A DNA stretch of 64,000 nucleotides from Camelus dromedarius (lineage: Eukaryota), in assembly GCF_036321535.1 (NCBI RefSeq), contig NC_087436.1, positions 5,146,001 to 5,210,000 on the forward strand, given 5' to 3'. Below are positions 39,421-52,810 of this stretch, piece after piece. How positions within the stretch are numbered: the first letter of the stretch is position 1; each line of letters opens with the position of its first letter. Both the position numbers and the translations under genes were made by a program. The notes below the pieces were generated by a model that saw only the letters and a list, made by a program, of their open reading frames with translations, was not told the origin of the DNA and did not search any database.

Positions 39421-39849
39421 GTATTGAATGTCCCCTAATTTTCCAACCGAAATCAGGATTTATCTGCTCACCATTGCCCATTTATCATGCTTCTAAGTTT
39501 CTGAAGTTTCCAGGTAATCTACCAAAGGTAGTGGCCTAAAAACTGGGGCCGTGAGGTTCCACGAGAACAACAACAGAAACAATTGTTCCTGTTTCTCCTT
39601 GGTGAAGGGCAGGCACTGCTACTGATACATCTGCGCCTCCGTATTTAGTCTTTTGGTCCCTTTCCCGGCTGCTGTAGCACATGGTTGTTGACTGTTCACA
39701 ATTAATGAAGCATGAAGTGGAAGGAAAGGTGAGCCTGGCCCCAGGCACGTCCCTCCCCACTAGACAGATCAAGGAGATGAAGAGAAAAGGACCGTAAAAT
39801 AGAAAATGAATGAATGTGTCCATGTAGGACTGATGTCCACGGTTCCAGG

Positions 39850-41300
39850 CACTTGTGTCCTCTAAATTCCCCTGGACTCCAACTGTCACTCCCCACTGCC
39901 ATCTTCCATCTTCAAAGTCAACTTCATCAATGTCATCCTGTCCGCAACTCCTGCCACCTCTTCTGCTGGGCAATCAAGGTCTTAGAACTAGATGATTTGA
40001 GTGGCATCGCCCCAGGTCACCCACCTTCCTTCTTTCCTTCATCCTGTCCACACATCACTTTGTTGAAGGTCTTTTGTGCTATCCCACTGTTCAAAACCTT
40101 TCATTGAACGGGTACCACTGCCCTCAAAACACAGATCAAACATCTGAAAATTGACTTTATGACCATCCTGCGGGAAAGGAAAGAGAGATTGCAAGGTCCT
40201 GATGTGTGTCTCCCTCCAATAATTCCACAAGGAGATGATGCTTCTTGCCCTCTTCCATCTTCTCAGACTTCCGCAGCCTTGGACAGCCTTGCTCTCAGAG
40301 TGTGGTCACCAAGCAGCAGCGGCAGGTTAGCTACCTGGGATCTCCTTAGGGGGGAAGACTCTTGGGTGCCCTCTACCCCAGACCAGCTGAATCAGGGGCT
40401 CCATCTTTAACAAGACTCACTCTGTCCACGACAGTTTGAGAAGTGCTGTGTTAGGGAAATGAGTCGTATTTCCTCGCTAACGCTGGGGCACTGCCCTGCT
40501 GGCCCCTGCACTGTGTTGCAGTCATCTGGCCTGATGGTCTGCACTTGGGAAATCCATTCCCCTGAAGCATCCACTCGGTGACTTTCATCAAATTCTCTTT
40601 TCACCTCCCTCCTGAGCCAGAAACCAGCGATCTCTTATCTCACACGCAGCAGACAAGCAACCTGCCCACAGACTCCGATTCCCTAGAGTTGATGTTGGGT
40701 CTACTTGCAGTGACATCCAAGAGGCACCCAAATCCAGCCCGATCCTCTACTCTTGGACACAAATAACACCAGCTTCCCATCCCATAGCCCTTGGTTGGGA
40801 CTGAAATTCCCTTTCTGAACTCTTTATTTAAATCCTTCATCTGCTTAAAGTCCAAAGCCAGGAACTCTCTGTAATCAACTGAGAAAAATATTTTTACTTC
40901 AGTCCCACTTCTGTATGACTCTGGATATCTATCACGTTATGACTTGAATAGTAGACAAGTCCATTCTAGACCATAGTTTTTTTTTTTTTTGGTTTATGTA
41001 TATGTGAGGTTTTGCTTCTGTGTTTGTTTTCTGCTTAGAGACCATGTCTTACATCAATGTTGAATCTCTCAGAGCAGATAGCACTGACTTCGCTCGTTCT
41101 TCAAAAATGGTTCCTGACATGAGCCACCAATTTGAACTCTGCCATTTTCTAAATCCCTTTTCTGTATTCCTCGCTTTTCCCATTGAACCAAAGTATGTGT
41201 TTGAAGACACAGCCTTCTCTTCCAGGAACATCATTCATCAACTTTCTCATTAAATCATCAGCAGCTATCTTTATTCTAGTATTTCTGGTAGAGACAATAG
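39850..41300 (+). mobile_element. Degenerate L2 fragments (interrupted by MER5)
   Basis: Pyrimidine-rich L2-like segments, e.g. ccactgttcaaaacctttcattg...ccactgccctcaaaacacagatcaaa and aagccaggaactct. Confidence 0.5.
40284..40448. mobile_element. MER5A-like hAT MITE
   Basis: ctctcagagtgtggtc...ccccagaccagctgaatcagg...tttaacaag...agtttgagaagtgctg. Confidence 0.75.
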
Positions 41301-41619
41301 ATAACAAAAATTCTGACTTTAAATTTCCAGGTCATCATCCTAGCATTAAATTTGTGGGATGAGAAATACCCCCCCTGAGTTGGAGTTTAGAATTTTGGTA
41401 ATTTAACAAGTTCTACAAAAGGGTTTTAAATTCTACTCCAACTGTCTCACATGGCCGGAGTCAGTGCTCAGCCCTGGTGGACAGACAGAAAGTAGGTCAA
41501 AGGCCCAGTGGTATTTTTCACTCAACAGAGCAGCACAACTTCTCCTTCTCTTCCACCAAGGACACTGGCTTCTACTGCAGCCTCAAAAGTCACCAAGCTG
41601 TGCCGAGGTAGGTTATACC

Positions 41620-41807
41620 AGCAATAAAAAATAATAAAATAATGTCATTTGCAGGAACATGGATGGACCTAGAGATTACCAGACTAACTGAAGTCACAGA
41701 AAAATACCATATTATATTACTTATATATAGAATCAAAAAAAAAAGACACAAATGATTTACAAAACAGAAACATAATATATATATATGTGTGTGTGTATAT
41801 ATATATA

Positions 41808-41870
<63 letters not shown>

Positions 41871-41895
41871 AATATATGTATTATAAATAAATAAA
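41620..41895 (+). mobile_element. LINE-1 3' fragment ending in expanded (TA)n/(TG)n
   Basis: ataatgtcatttgcaggaacatggatggacctagagatt followed by a compound microsatellite at ~41775-41865. Confidence 0.82.
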
Positions 41896-42489
41896 TGCCT
41901 TCCTGGAAACCAAAGTGGACTCTTTCGGGTAATCTTATTTCTTATAAAATGAGAGTCATCCTGAATAAGACTTCATTATAGGCGTTAAATTTTTGTAGGC
42001 GTGAAAATGAAGGTAAATTTTATTCAATTCACACTCTTCTTAGGCAAGATGCCTAATACCTATACCTAATAAGAAAAAAACACCAAGGCAAAGGTAGAAA
42101 CATCCCTTTAGTCCAAAGAACGGTCCCTCTTCTGCAATAAATTAGAAAGAAATGGCAAATTTAAATCTGCGTTTTTTAAATAAAACTTTCAGCTAATTTT
42201 ATTTTTTTTTCCCCTCAACAATCTATTACTTTAAATTTAGAGAACAGGAAACAAATACACTTTCTACCTCAATTTTCCAAGCAGGTGATGCGTTTCCAGA
42301 TATGAGAGATGCTGATACTAAATTAACTGAAAAGGCAGGTTTCAAAGGCAAAACATGGTTGATCTCCACCTCCCCAACCTTTATAACCCACAGTGAGCTT
42401 AGCTCTTTATTTATATAATTTTCTTTGTCTTGCTATTGGGGAAGGTATGTCCTCTGTCTTATCTGAGAGACGTGTGGTTCAGTAAGCCC

Positions 42490-42590
42490 TCGGGTTATCC
42501 TTTATTTGTCAAATGAGTAAATTATGAAACAGGGAAGTGAAAAGATTTTGTTCAGATCACTGAGCTCAGTAGTGAAGAATAGCAATGAAA
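42490..42590 (-). mobile_element. MIR fragment
   Basis: ttatcctttatttgtcaaatgagtaaatt...agatcactgagctcagtagtg. Confidence 0.45.
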
Positions 42591-42726
42591 TTTTTAAATT
42601 TATTCTTAGAAAAATCCCTGAAGGAAGAAATTCTTGAAGTGAGAATGTCAGTACGAATATGAGGATGAATTTCTTGAGTAACTGATTTAAAGTCGACCTT
42701 TGCTATAAGGGAAACCCATTTGTGAA

Positions 42727-43066
42727 CTCACCTACAAAACAGAAGCAGACTCACAGACATAGCAAAGAAACTCATGGTTACCGGGGAGGAAGGGGTGGGA
42801 AGGGATAAATTGGGAGCTTGAAATTTGCAAACACTAACTACTATATATAAAATAGATAGAAAACAAGTTTCTTCTGTAGAGCACAGGGAACTATATTCAA
42901 TATCTTGTAGTAACCTACAATGAAAAGGAACATGAAAAGGAATACATATGTATGTATACGTATGACTGAAACATGATGCTGTGCACCAGAAACTGACACA
43001 ATGTAAACTGACTAGACTTCAATTTAAATAAATAAATAAATAAATAAACACACAAATAAACAAATG
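42727..43066 (+). mobile_element. Short LINE-1 3' UTR insertion with TSD
   Basis: L1 3' UTR plus (TAAA)n tail; direct repeat ccatttgtgaa at 42716-42726 and 43067-43077. Confidence 0.93.
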
Positions 43067-44213
43067 CCATTTGTGAATGCACTGGGTCACAAAATTAGGT
43101 ATTGGTTTTATTTTCACTATTGTTAAAAAAAAAAAGTTATACAGACATAGCCTGGGAAACCCCAAATATGATATCAAATTATTCACAGGGCATTTCATTC
43201 TGGTGAAAGGGAATGATATTCTAATACAGATCATCTCAGAGCCTTGGTTTTATCACAAAAGTAATTATTTGGTGGAGAGGGAGAGAGAGAACACATTTGC
43301 ATCACTGGGAATGGACACTAAATTCCTCATATACAGTTTGTGTATGAAATATTAACAGCTAGTCTATGCTCTCTAATGTTCTTTTGATTTCAACTGTGCC
43401 AAAAATTGGTGTTAACATAGGGCCACCCAGAGTTTGGGGGGAAATCCATACACCCAAGTTTTGAGTTCAACCCAACATCATCAGAATCTCCAGCACATGA
43501 GGCTGTTCTAAGCTCTCCAGGTGACTCTGAAGCTGTCCAAAGTGGAGGAGCCATGGCCACTGTGTACACGACTGACTAAGATGACATACCTCAGGGTGTG
43601 GTGTGCATGCGTGAGAAGGAAAAGAAATGTGTGTTTTAGTTTTAATTAAAAAAAATAAGCAGAACTTCCTTTCATTTTTTTTCCATTAACAGTTTAATAT
43701 ACAGTGTCTTGAAAATTGGCTATCAAACATCTCGGTGTCTTAAAACACAGAAAATGTTAGTCAATGGAAAAGAATGCCTTTTATTTCGATTTGAGTAGGG
43801 CATACTCAGAATTTAAGCTTAAGACTTCCTGTTCACCATTAACCATTAACCTTTTTTTTTTTTTTTAAGAGAACAGCAAGACATTAAGTCAACTTAGTCA
43901 GACAAAACAGGAACTGTAGATGTTATGTGAGCAGCTAAGAGGATGCGGGCCTCACGTGCTAGCTCGAGATCTCCATGCAAAAGCACGATTATAGCTTGTA
44001 ATTATCATTACAGCATTGCATTACTCTGGGACACGTATGATATTACCAGAAAGAATGTGCTAAAATTCTGAGTCAGAAATGTAAGCCACGGATATGCACT
44101 TGATCACAGTATTTTGTTTTTGTACAGGGGGCTGTTAGAAGAGTGTATAGATTATGCTATGAATTTTGGAGAAGCTGTATTAACATGAATTTGCATCAAA
44201 AAAAGTTTTCAAG

Positions 44214-46639
44214 GGTGGTTTAATATATACAAATCAATCAATGCAATACATCATATCAACAAGACAAAGGACGAAAACCACATGATCATCTCAATATAGA
44301 TGCAAAAAAAGCATTTGATAAAATTCAACACCCATTTGTGATAAAAACTCTCACCAAAGTGGATACAGAGGGAACATATCTCAACATAATAAAAGCTATA
44401 TATGACAAACCTACAGCCAGCATAGTTCTCAATGGTGAAAAACTCAAAAGCTTCCCACTAAAATCTGGGACGAGACAAGGATGCCCACTATCACCACTCC
44501 TATTCAACATAGTCTTGGAAGTCCTGGCCACAGCAATCAGGCAAGTGAGAGAAAAGGGATCCAAATTGGAAAAGAAGAGGTAAAAGTGTCACTATATGCC
44601 GATGACATGTTACTATATATAGAAAACCTTAAAAGGCCCACACAAAAACTACTAGAAATAATCAAGGAATTCAGCAAGGTAGCAAGTTAGAAGATTAACG
44701 TTCAAAAAATCAGTCATATTTCTTCACACTAATGATGAATCAACAGAAAAAGAAAGTAAAGAAACAATCCCCTTTAAAATAGCACCCAAAGTAATAAAAT
44801 ACCTAGGAATAAATCTAACCAAGGAGGTGAAAGACTTATACACAGAAAACTAAAACACTGATTAAGGAAATTAAAGAAGACTTTAAAAAATGGAAAGATA
44901 TTCCATGCTCCTGGATTGGAAGAATCAATATTGTTAAAATGGTCACACTGCCCAAGGCAATCTACAGATTTAATGCAATCTCTATCAAATTACCCAGGAC
45001 ATATTTCATAGAACTAGAACAAATCATACTAAAATTTATATGGAATCACAAAAGACCTAGAATTGCCAAAGCATTACTGAAGAAAAAGAAAGAGGCTGGA
45101 GGAATAACTCTCCCAGACTTCAGACAATACTATAGAGCCACAGTCATCAAGACAGCATGGTATTGGTACAAAAACAGACATATAGACCAGTGGAACAGAA
45201 TAGAGAGCCCAAAAATAAACCCACAAACTTTTGGTCAACTAATGTTCGACAAAGGAGGCAAGAACACACAACGCAATAAAGACAGTCTCTTCAGCAAATG
45301 GTGTTGGGAAAACTGTACAGCAGCATGTAAAACAATGAAGCTAAAACACTCCCTTATACCATACACAAAAATAAACTCAAAATGGATCAAAGACTTAAAC
45401 GTAAGACAAGATGCAATAAACCTCCTAGAAGAAAATATAGGCAAAATATTATCTGACATACCACATCTCAAAAATGTTCTCCTAGGGCAGTCTACCCAAG
45501 CAATAGAAATAAAAGCAAAAATAAACAAGTGGGACCTAATGAAACTTACAAGCTTCTGCACAGCAAAGGAAACCATAAACAAAACAAAACAACAACCTAC
45601 AGAATGGGAGAATATTTTTGCAAATGATGAAACTGACAAAGGCTTGATCTCCAGAATATATAAGTAGTTCGTATGACTTAATAAGAAAAAAACAAACAAC
45701 CCAATCCAAAAATGGGCAGAAGACCTAAACAAGCAATTTTCTGAAGAAGAAGTACAAATGATCAATAGGCAATGAAAAAATGCTCAATATCACTAATTAT
45801 CAGAGAAATGCAAATCAAAACTACAATGAGGTATCACCTCACACCAGTCAGAATGGCCACCATTCAAATTCCACAAATGACAAATGCTGGAGAGGCTGTG
45901 GAGAAAAGGGACCCCTCATACACTGCTGGTGGGAATGCAGTTTGGTGCAGCCACTGTGGAAAACAGTATGGAGATTCCTCAAAAGACTAGGAATAGACTT
46001 ACCATATGACCCAGGAGTCCCAATACTGGGCATATATCCAGAAGGAACCCTACTTTAAAAAGACACTTGCACCCCAATGTTCATAGCAGCACTATTTACA
46101 ATAGCCAAGACATGGAAACAGCCTAAATGTCCATTGACAGATGATGGATAAAGAAGAAGTGGTATATTTACACAATGGAATACTATTCAGCCATAAAAAC
46201 CGACAACATAATGCAATTTGCAGCAACATGGATGTTCCTGGAAAATGTCATTCTAAGTGACGTAAGCCAGAAAGACAAAGAAAAATACCATATGAGATCA
46301 CTCATATGTGGAATCTAAAAAAAAAAGAAGAACATAAATACAAAACAGAAGCAGACTTACAGACATAAAATACAAACTTATGGTTGCCAGGGGGGAAGGG
46401 GTGGGAAGGGACAGACTGGGAGTTCAAGATTTGTAGATACTGACAGACATATGCAGAATAAATAAACAAGATTATACTGTATAGCACAGGGAAATATATA
46501 CAAGATCTTGTGGTAGCTCACAGTGAAAAAGAATGTTACAATGAATATATGTATGTTCATGTATAACTGAAAAATTGTACTCTACACTGGAAATTGACAC
46601 AACATTGTAACATGACTATAACTCAATTAAAAAATGTTA
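44214..46639 (+). mobile_element. Young 5'-truncated LINE-1 (RT to 3' end), 16-bp TSD
   Basis: RT motifs [13 protein letters not shown] and LYADDM; 242-aa ORF2 segment 44939-45667; several stops and frameshifts; TSD aaaaaaagttttcaag at 44198-44213 and 46640-46655. Confidence 0.98.
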
Positions 46640-47026
46640 AAAAAAAGTTTTCAAGTTTGGATTGAATAGGACAAAAATATGTCTAGTGGAGGAAGAAAAT
46701 TCATGCTTTAATTTTATGGTAATTGGGTTGATGAGAGAAAACAATTTTACCTGCTCAATAAGGTGAATTCCTCTAAGAGAAGAAGGAATTTAGAAGATAG
46801 AGGAAGTTGTCTTTGAAATTATTAATATAGAATCTATTTTTTCATCACATTAATTGACATTAGCATAATGCAGAGATTATACCTTGTTCAAATTATCCAG
46901 ACTTGTTAAAGAGCAGATGGGGGAGGAGTCTCTCTCCACTCTTTAAAATACATGGGTCTTCATTAAATACCAAAAACGTTCCCTAATTTACTCGGATTTA
47001 TGACAGACCTGAATGTCATCTCCATC

Positions 47027-47255
47027 TGTCTCAGCCTGGGTTATGGGGAAACAGTGCGCGAAGCGGAGAGTGGCATGCAGAAATTTTTCCAGGGAGAACT
47101 TTCGGAGACACGCCCATAAAAAGGGAGGAAGGCAGATGGAAACTCTGAGGACACAGCGGCTTTCCCTGGGACCTGTGAAGAATCCACCAGGAACCGTGCA
47201 GCTTCATGGTCCCTGCAGCCCTGGAGGCCCATCCCAAGCCGTCCCCCAACCTCCT
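47027..47255 (-). mobile_element. LTR16-like ERVL LTR (probable 3' LTR of the adjacent provirus)
   Basis: tgtctcagcctgggtt...ggagagtggcatgcagaaattttt...ggcccatcccaagccgtccc aligns by eye with the reverse complement of LTR16. Confidence 0.6.
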
Positions 47256-47589
47256 CCACCAGCCCGTCCAGTCTTCTCGCTTCTGGCTCCTATGTGATCA
47301 GTTCCAACCCCCATGAGTCTGTGGATTTTCTTGCTCGGTTTTGCTTCTCTGTTCACACAAAGTCCATGACTAGGGACACCACCTGGGACTCTGCCCTGTG
47401 GGAGGACTTCCCTTCCCCACGTTTTTCCAGGGCCATCCGGAATGGGACTGCCGTAAGCAGCGGACCGTCTTCAGCTGCCACTGATATGCTGAGCAAACCG
47501 GTGAATGAACCAAGTCAGCCTTCCCCTCTATCAGACAGTCACTGAGGGACCCCAGTGCCCGCAGGGAGCAGAAGGGAGAGGTGATGGGT

Positions 47590-50500
47590 GGGGGGGAGGG
47601 GCTTTGCGCCACCATCTTGCCTTGCTTACCTGTGCTGTCCAGTCCTGCTTGTGCTCGGGCTCTGTGGAGTCACTTCTGACTCAAGCCCGATCACTGCTGG
47701 CCTTGCCTGACCTTATGACTTGGTGGGTCAGCAGGATGTTGCTCAACATGAGCATCTTTGACCGCATGAGCCTGGTCCCTTGATGTTCCACGGTCAGGTC
47801 TCTACAAAGGACTGGTAACGTTCCAGATGCTGCTTTTCTTTTTTTTTTTTTTTTAACATTTTTTATTGATTTATAATCATTTTACAATGTTGTGTCAAAT
47901 TCCAGTGTTCAGCACAATTTTTCAGTCATTCATGGACATATAACACACTCATTGTCACATTTTTTTCTCTGTAAGTTATTATAACATTTTGTGTATATTT
48001 CCCTGTGCTATACAGTGTAATCTTGTTTATCTGTTCTACAATTTTGAAATCCCAGTCTATCCCACCCACCCTCCACCCCCCTGGTAACCACAAGTCTGTA
48101 TTCTCTGTCTGTGAGTCTATTTCTGTCCTGTATTTACGCTTTGTTTTTGTTTGTTTGTTTGTTTTTGTTTTTGTTTTTTAGATTCCACATATGAGCGATC
48201 TCATATGGTATTTTTCTTTGTCTTTCTGGCTTACTTCACTTAGAATGACATTCTCCAGGAGCATCCATGTTGCTGCAAATGGCATTATGTTGTCGGTTTT
48301 TATGGCTGAGTAGTATTCCATTGTATAAATATACCACTTCTTCTTTATCCAGTCGCCTGTTGATGGACATTTAGGCTGTTTCCATGTTTTGGCTATTGTA
48401 AATAGTGCTGCTATGAACATTGGGGTGCAGGTGTCATCCTGAAGTAGATTTCCTTCTGGATACAAGCCCAAGAGTGGGATTCCTGGGTCATATGGTAAGT
48501 CTATTCGTAGTATTTTGAGGAATCTCCACACTGTTTTCCACAGTGGCTGCACCAAACTGCATTCCCACCAGCAGTGTAGGAGGTTCCCCTTTCTCCACAG
48601 CCTCTCCAGCATTTGTCATTTGTGGATTTTTGAATGACGGCCATTCTGACTGGTGTGAGGTGATACCTCATTGTAGTTTTGATTTGCATTTCTCTGATAA
48701 TTAGTGATATTGAGCATTTTTTCATGTGCTTTTTGATCATTTGTATGTCTTCCTTGGAGAATTGCTTGTTTAGGTCTTCTGCCCATTTTTGGATTGGGTT
48801 GTTTATTTTTTTCTTATTGAGTCATATGAGCTGCTTATATATTCTGGAGATCAAGCCTTCGTCGGTTTCACTTGCAAAAATTTTCTCCCATTCCGTAGGT
48901 TTTCTTCTTGTTTTACTTCTGGTTTCCTTTGCTGTGCAGAAGCTTGTAAGTTTCATTAGGTCCCATTTGTTTATTCTTGCTTTTATTTCTTCTAGGAGAA
49001 AATTTTTGAAATGTATGTCAGATAATGTTTTGCCTATGTTTTCCTCTAGGAGGTTTATTGTATCTTGTCTTATGTTTAAGTCTTTAATCCATTTTGAGTT
49101 GATTTTTTGCTGCTTTTCTGAATGCTATATCCTCTCCTGCAGCTCCTGGGTCTGCCACCGAGCTCTCTCCTGCCTGGGCCCCCGCTCAAAGCTGGCAGCC
49201 TTTTGCACAACCAGTGTATGGGTTAGAAGTGGGTTTCCAAATGTAGACTATGCTGTCAGCAGAACCGGAAAAAAAAATCTACCAAGAATTGCTTTTCTTA
49301 GTGGTGAGAGGCGAGATAGGCTGGAATCTGTCCTTTAGTTTGGAAGGGACATCCTAGAATCCTCCAGGCCACTAGCCCCCTGGACACTTCATCAATGCAG
49401 CGGGTCCCTCAACCTTCACAGGGTCTGTCTCTCACCCTGTGGAGTGCGCAGGTCTTCACACAGCGCACACCGTGTGCTCCTCTGGTCCTGCCAGCACGAG
49501 GCTGTCATTACATCAGACCAGTGTCACAGAGTGACCGGTCCAGTCTCCTGGGGACCAGATGACAGCAGGAGACGTAACAGACCTGGCCACCCAGCACGTG
49601 CCTGTCCCGAGTAAGTGCGAGCAATTCCCAGTGCTTTTTATTGATGTGGATGGAGAGGCACGCATTCCCCAGGTCAGAGACAGCGTATCACAGGTCAGGA
49701 TTTGCCTTCATCTGGACCAGCAAAGACACCGCATTCAGCCTGGCAACTACCAGTGTGGCTCCTACTTGATTAAGTTGTAGAGTTCCACCATTATCCGTCA
49801 TGATCCGTCACATTTCTGTAAAGACTGGGCTGGCTAACTTAATGGGAACAGGATGGAGACCTCCTTGAGTCCCGTGAGCAGGACACGAGGCTCCAACCCT
49901 CACTCCCAAGGTGCAGGGTTGATGGACTGACTTGGAGAGAAGGAGGTGATTTCAGAAGCTTCGACTTGGTCTTCCCACTACAGCAGCTCTCACCCCGAAG
50001 ACCAGGAACCGATTGAGGGGTCTGCCAATTACCGAGTCTGCCCACTGTGAACCAGACCTGAGCCACGATTCCACTGACTACCTGCCCACCACCTGCAGCC
50101 ACACTAGCGGGAGGGGCATGTCAGTACTTTGGGTGTCCGGCTAACAATATTAATTTAGACTCTCTGTGATGGGTCTCTGAAGGTCTGAGTACCTGTCTGC
50201 CCAATGCATGCTGGCATGGGTTAACGTGCATAATTCACTTTAGGGAAGGACGGGGGAGCTACCACCGAGTGGGCTTGCGGTGATGTTGCAGAGTTCAGGG
50301 GTTGCAGGGTCCTTTCTCCTGGGAGCCCGGCTCCTCCCTCTGTAGATGGGCTCCAGGTGTGAGGACTGGGCCAGGTACAGGAACTGGCTGAGGAACCACA
50401 ACTTTTATTGGGGCATCCTCTTCAGTCTCCTACTTATCCATTCTCAGATTTTTTTTTTTAATTCTATACGTTCGAAAGTATCCTTGTTGACTGCCTTTCA

Positions 50501-50650
50501 GTCTTGTCTCCAGGAACACCATCCCTACTCCTCTCTGAAGCTTAAGCCCCCTTGGCCCCGAAGGTGATCACCGCACACACCTCGCACTGTCACCTGGCCC
50601 CTTTATCATATTCTGGAATCCCACTGTCAGGAAAGGAGCCCAGTTCTGTG
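47590..50650 (-). mobile_element. ERVL internal region (gag-pro-pol relic), split by an L1
   Basis: Hand translation of the minus strand gives degenerate ERVL motifs: GGQVVSGIVAQVWFTVG (protease), QKCDGS*RIMV..LNQV, YAVSDLGNACLSIHI and [14 protein letters not shown] (RT), then EKQHL and DPPSHKV..QQ left of the L1. Confidence 0.85.
47840..49107 (-). mobile_element. Young 5'-truncated LINE-1, 12-bp TSD
   Basis: Clean ORF2 C-terminus ([17 protein letters not shown]...MEYYSAIK); poly(T) on +; TSD tgctgcttttct at 47828-47839 and 49108-49119. Confidence 0.98.
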
Positions 50651-51617
50651 ACAGCACATCATACATTCAGCCCTGGCCTGGCTCAGGACAGACACTACTG
50701 GGCTTCTCAGTGATGCTGATGTCACTCCATAGCAGGTTTATTTGTTTTAAAAAAAAAAAGTATCCAAGAAAGCAGGGTCCCACTGTTAATTTAGAATCAT
50801 ATCCTTTGGAGAAAAAATATATCGCTCAACATCTGAGAACACACAACCACATTGCCCTCCATTCTTAATTCTCTGCAAGGCAGGTGTGTTTCCATCACTG
50901 AAACTGCTACAGAATTTTACAGAGAATCATCTCCTTCTAGCGGAATTTTTTTTAAAGTTCTCAGATGTACCGGAAGTTAGCAAAGCCTGGCAGAATCCGC
51001 ACTAAGGTAAGGAACGAGATGTTACGGTAAGAGCTGAGATAGTCCTGGAATGGATACACATATGCAAAGAACGGTAATGATATCCAGCCTCACAGACTGT
51101 GGATGAAATAAAACGTGGCATTTTTCTTGGGCAACACAATTAGGGCATCGTGGAAAGTTGAAATTAATGAGGGCATTTAGGTCATTTTTCTTTCTTACCA
51201 TGGGAACTGCTATTCAATTATTCCAGGTGGGCTGTATTCCCTAGTGTTTTCCCAAATTTCAACGGCATAGCAGCAGCACTACGGTGGATTTATGACAGAG
51301 ACCACAGAACTTTGAAGTTTCACCCCTGAAATGCCTGAAATTAACTGGGTAGCAACAAGCTAAACAGCTTCTATTACAGAGTTGCTGTATATTAATTCCA
51401 AATTACTGGTTTAAATATGGGTAGAAGAAAAATATTTGAAGTGTCTTTGATCAATATTTTCTTTTAGAATCATGTTTGCTTGCTTTTCACTTAAAATTTT
51501 TGTGGAGTGAGGAGGAGGAATCCAAGAGATGCAAGGTCAGTGTCTTGGTGGAGGTCAAATGGATGGGTGGAGAGCAGAGATGGCCGTTGGAGAGGTAACA
51601 CGTTCACATCTTCCCCT

Positions 51618-51768
51618 ACAGACAAAGACGACTATATGATGCCACTTATATGTGGAATCTACATTGTGATACAAATGAACTTACTCACAAACCAGAAACA
51701 GATTCATGGACATAGAAAACGAACTTATGGTTATCAAAGGGGTGGGGAGGAGAGGGATAAATCAGGAC
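51618..51768 (+). mobile_element. LINE-1 3' UTR fragment lacking the tail
   Basis: cacttatatgtggaatct...gacatagaaaacgaacttatggttatcaaagggg. Confidence 0.8.
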
Positions 51769-51769
51769 T

Positions 51770-52810
51770 TACCCTCACTCCACAGTGTCTATTCAGTATC
51801 TTCAACGAATCCTCTCCAACAGCTCCCTCCTCTCTGCTCTGTTTGACCCCCTCCATACACCAACAGGCACACTCACTGACCTCCACAGTCTCTTATCATC
51901 GCCTTACTTCTTTCCTTTGATGACTTCTAGAATAAGTATTCCATGAATGTAATCTCCTTTTTTTTCATCAATTTAAACAATCGACAGATTGATTTCCAAC
52001 AGTACCAACAAGTGAGGCTCAGAGTCCTTGCTGATGACTCCTGACTCCTAGTCACTCCACTACGTATGATCAGGAACCTAGATTTCTGCCATTTATTTCA
52101 CAATCATCCTTTCCCTCTATCTCTGCTGTGATCACTGGACTTGATGGGTTTGGAACTGATTCTTCCATCTTAACCTTCAACCGGCGCATCTGCCCTTGTC
52201 TGACTTTTTCAATGTATGGAATCGCACCTCTGCAGAGTGTGACCTCCTAAATAACACCTGGATCATGTATCTGCCTTGTATCTGAACTCGCCAAGAGTTC
52301 TTGAGGTCTCCGGACAATGGAGAAACTCCTCCACCAAACCTCCAAGCTGTCAACGTGTGGAATCTGCTCCGAGTCACTTTTCTCTTCCTCCTATCCCTGT
52401 GCCAAACTCCTCTTCTTACGTGCCCCTCCCCCGACATCGCAGTTTCCTCCACCCAGCTCCCAGGTCTCGTGTTCAGACCCAGACCTGCTCCGTCCTGTGT
52501 CGCTTCCTCTCCACCCCTCGGCCACCTCACCTCCCATGCACACCAGTGTCCTCCAAGGAGTCTTCCTGTCTCGTCCAGCAGGCTTCCCACATTTGTCTTT
52601 ACAGTTTATTTGACATTTTTAAAGTTCCGTTGATCATCATTGTCATGCATGTATATCTTGCCTCTTAAGCCAGATATAGCATTTCCTTGAGAGCAGTGAG
52701 GGATGGTGGGCCATTTCCTCCACACCCTTATGCCCTTGCCCTTCCCCTACAATTAGCAATGCAATGCTTTGCCCGTCACTGGCCACCACTCTATATTTGG
52801 TGCATTAGTG
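51770..52810 (+). mobile_element. Degenerate L2
   Basis: Pyrimidine-rich L2-like tract ending ttccttgagagcag...gcccgtcact...tatatttggtg. Confidence 0.5.

Noticed and set aside
44939..45667. 242-aa ORF, the longest in the track, as a host gene or active L1
   Set aside because: It is a piece of L1 ORF2 in a 5'-truncated copy with stops and frameshifts.
48679..49338. 219-aa hydrophobic ORF resembling a membrane protein
   Set aside because: Antisense reading of A-rich L1 ORF2; the same artefact occurs at 45235-45765.
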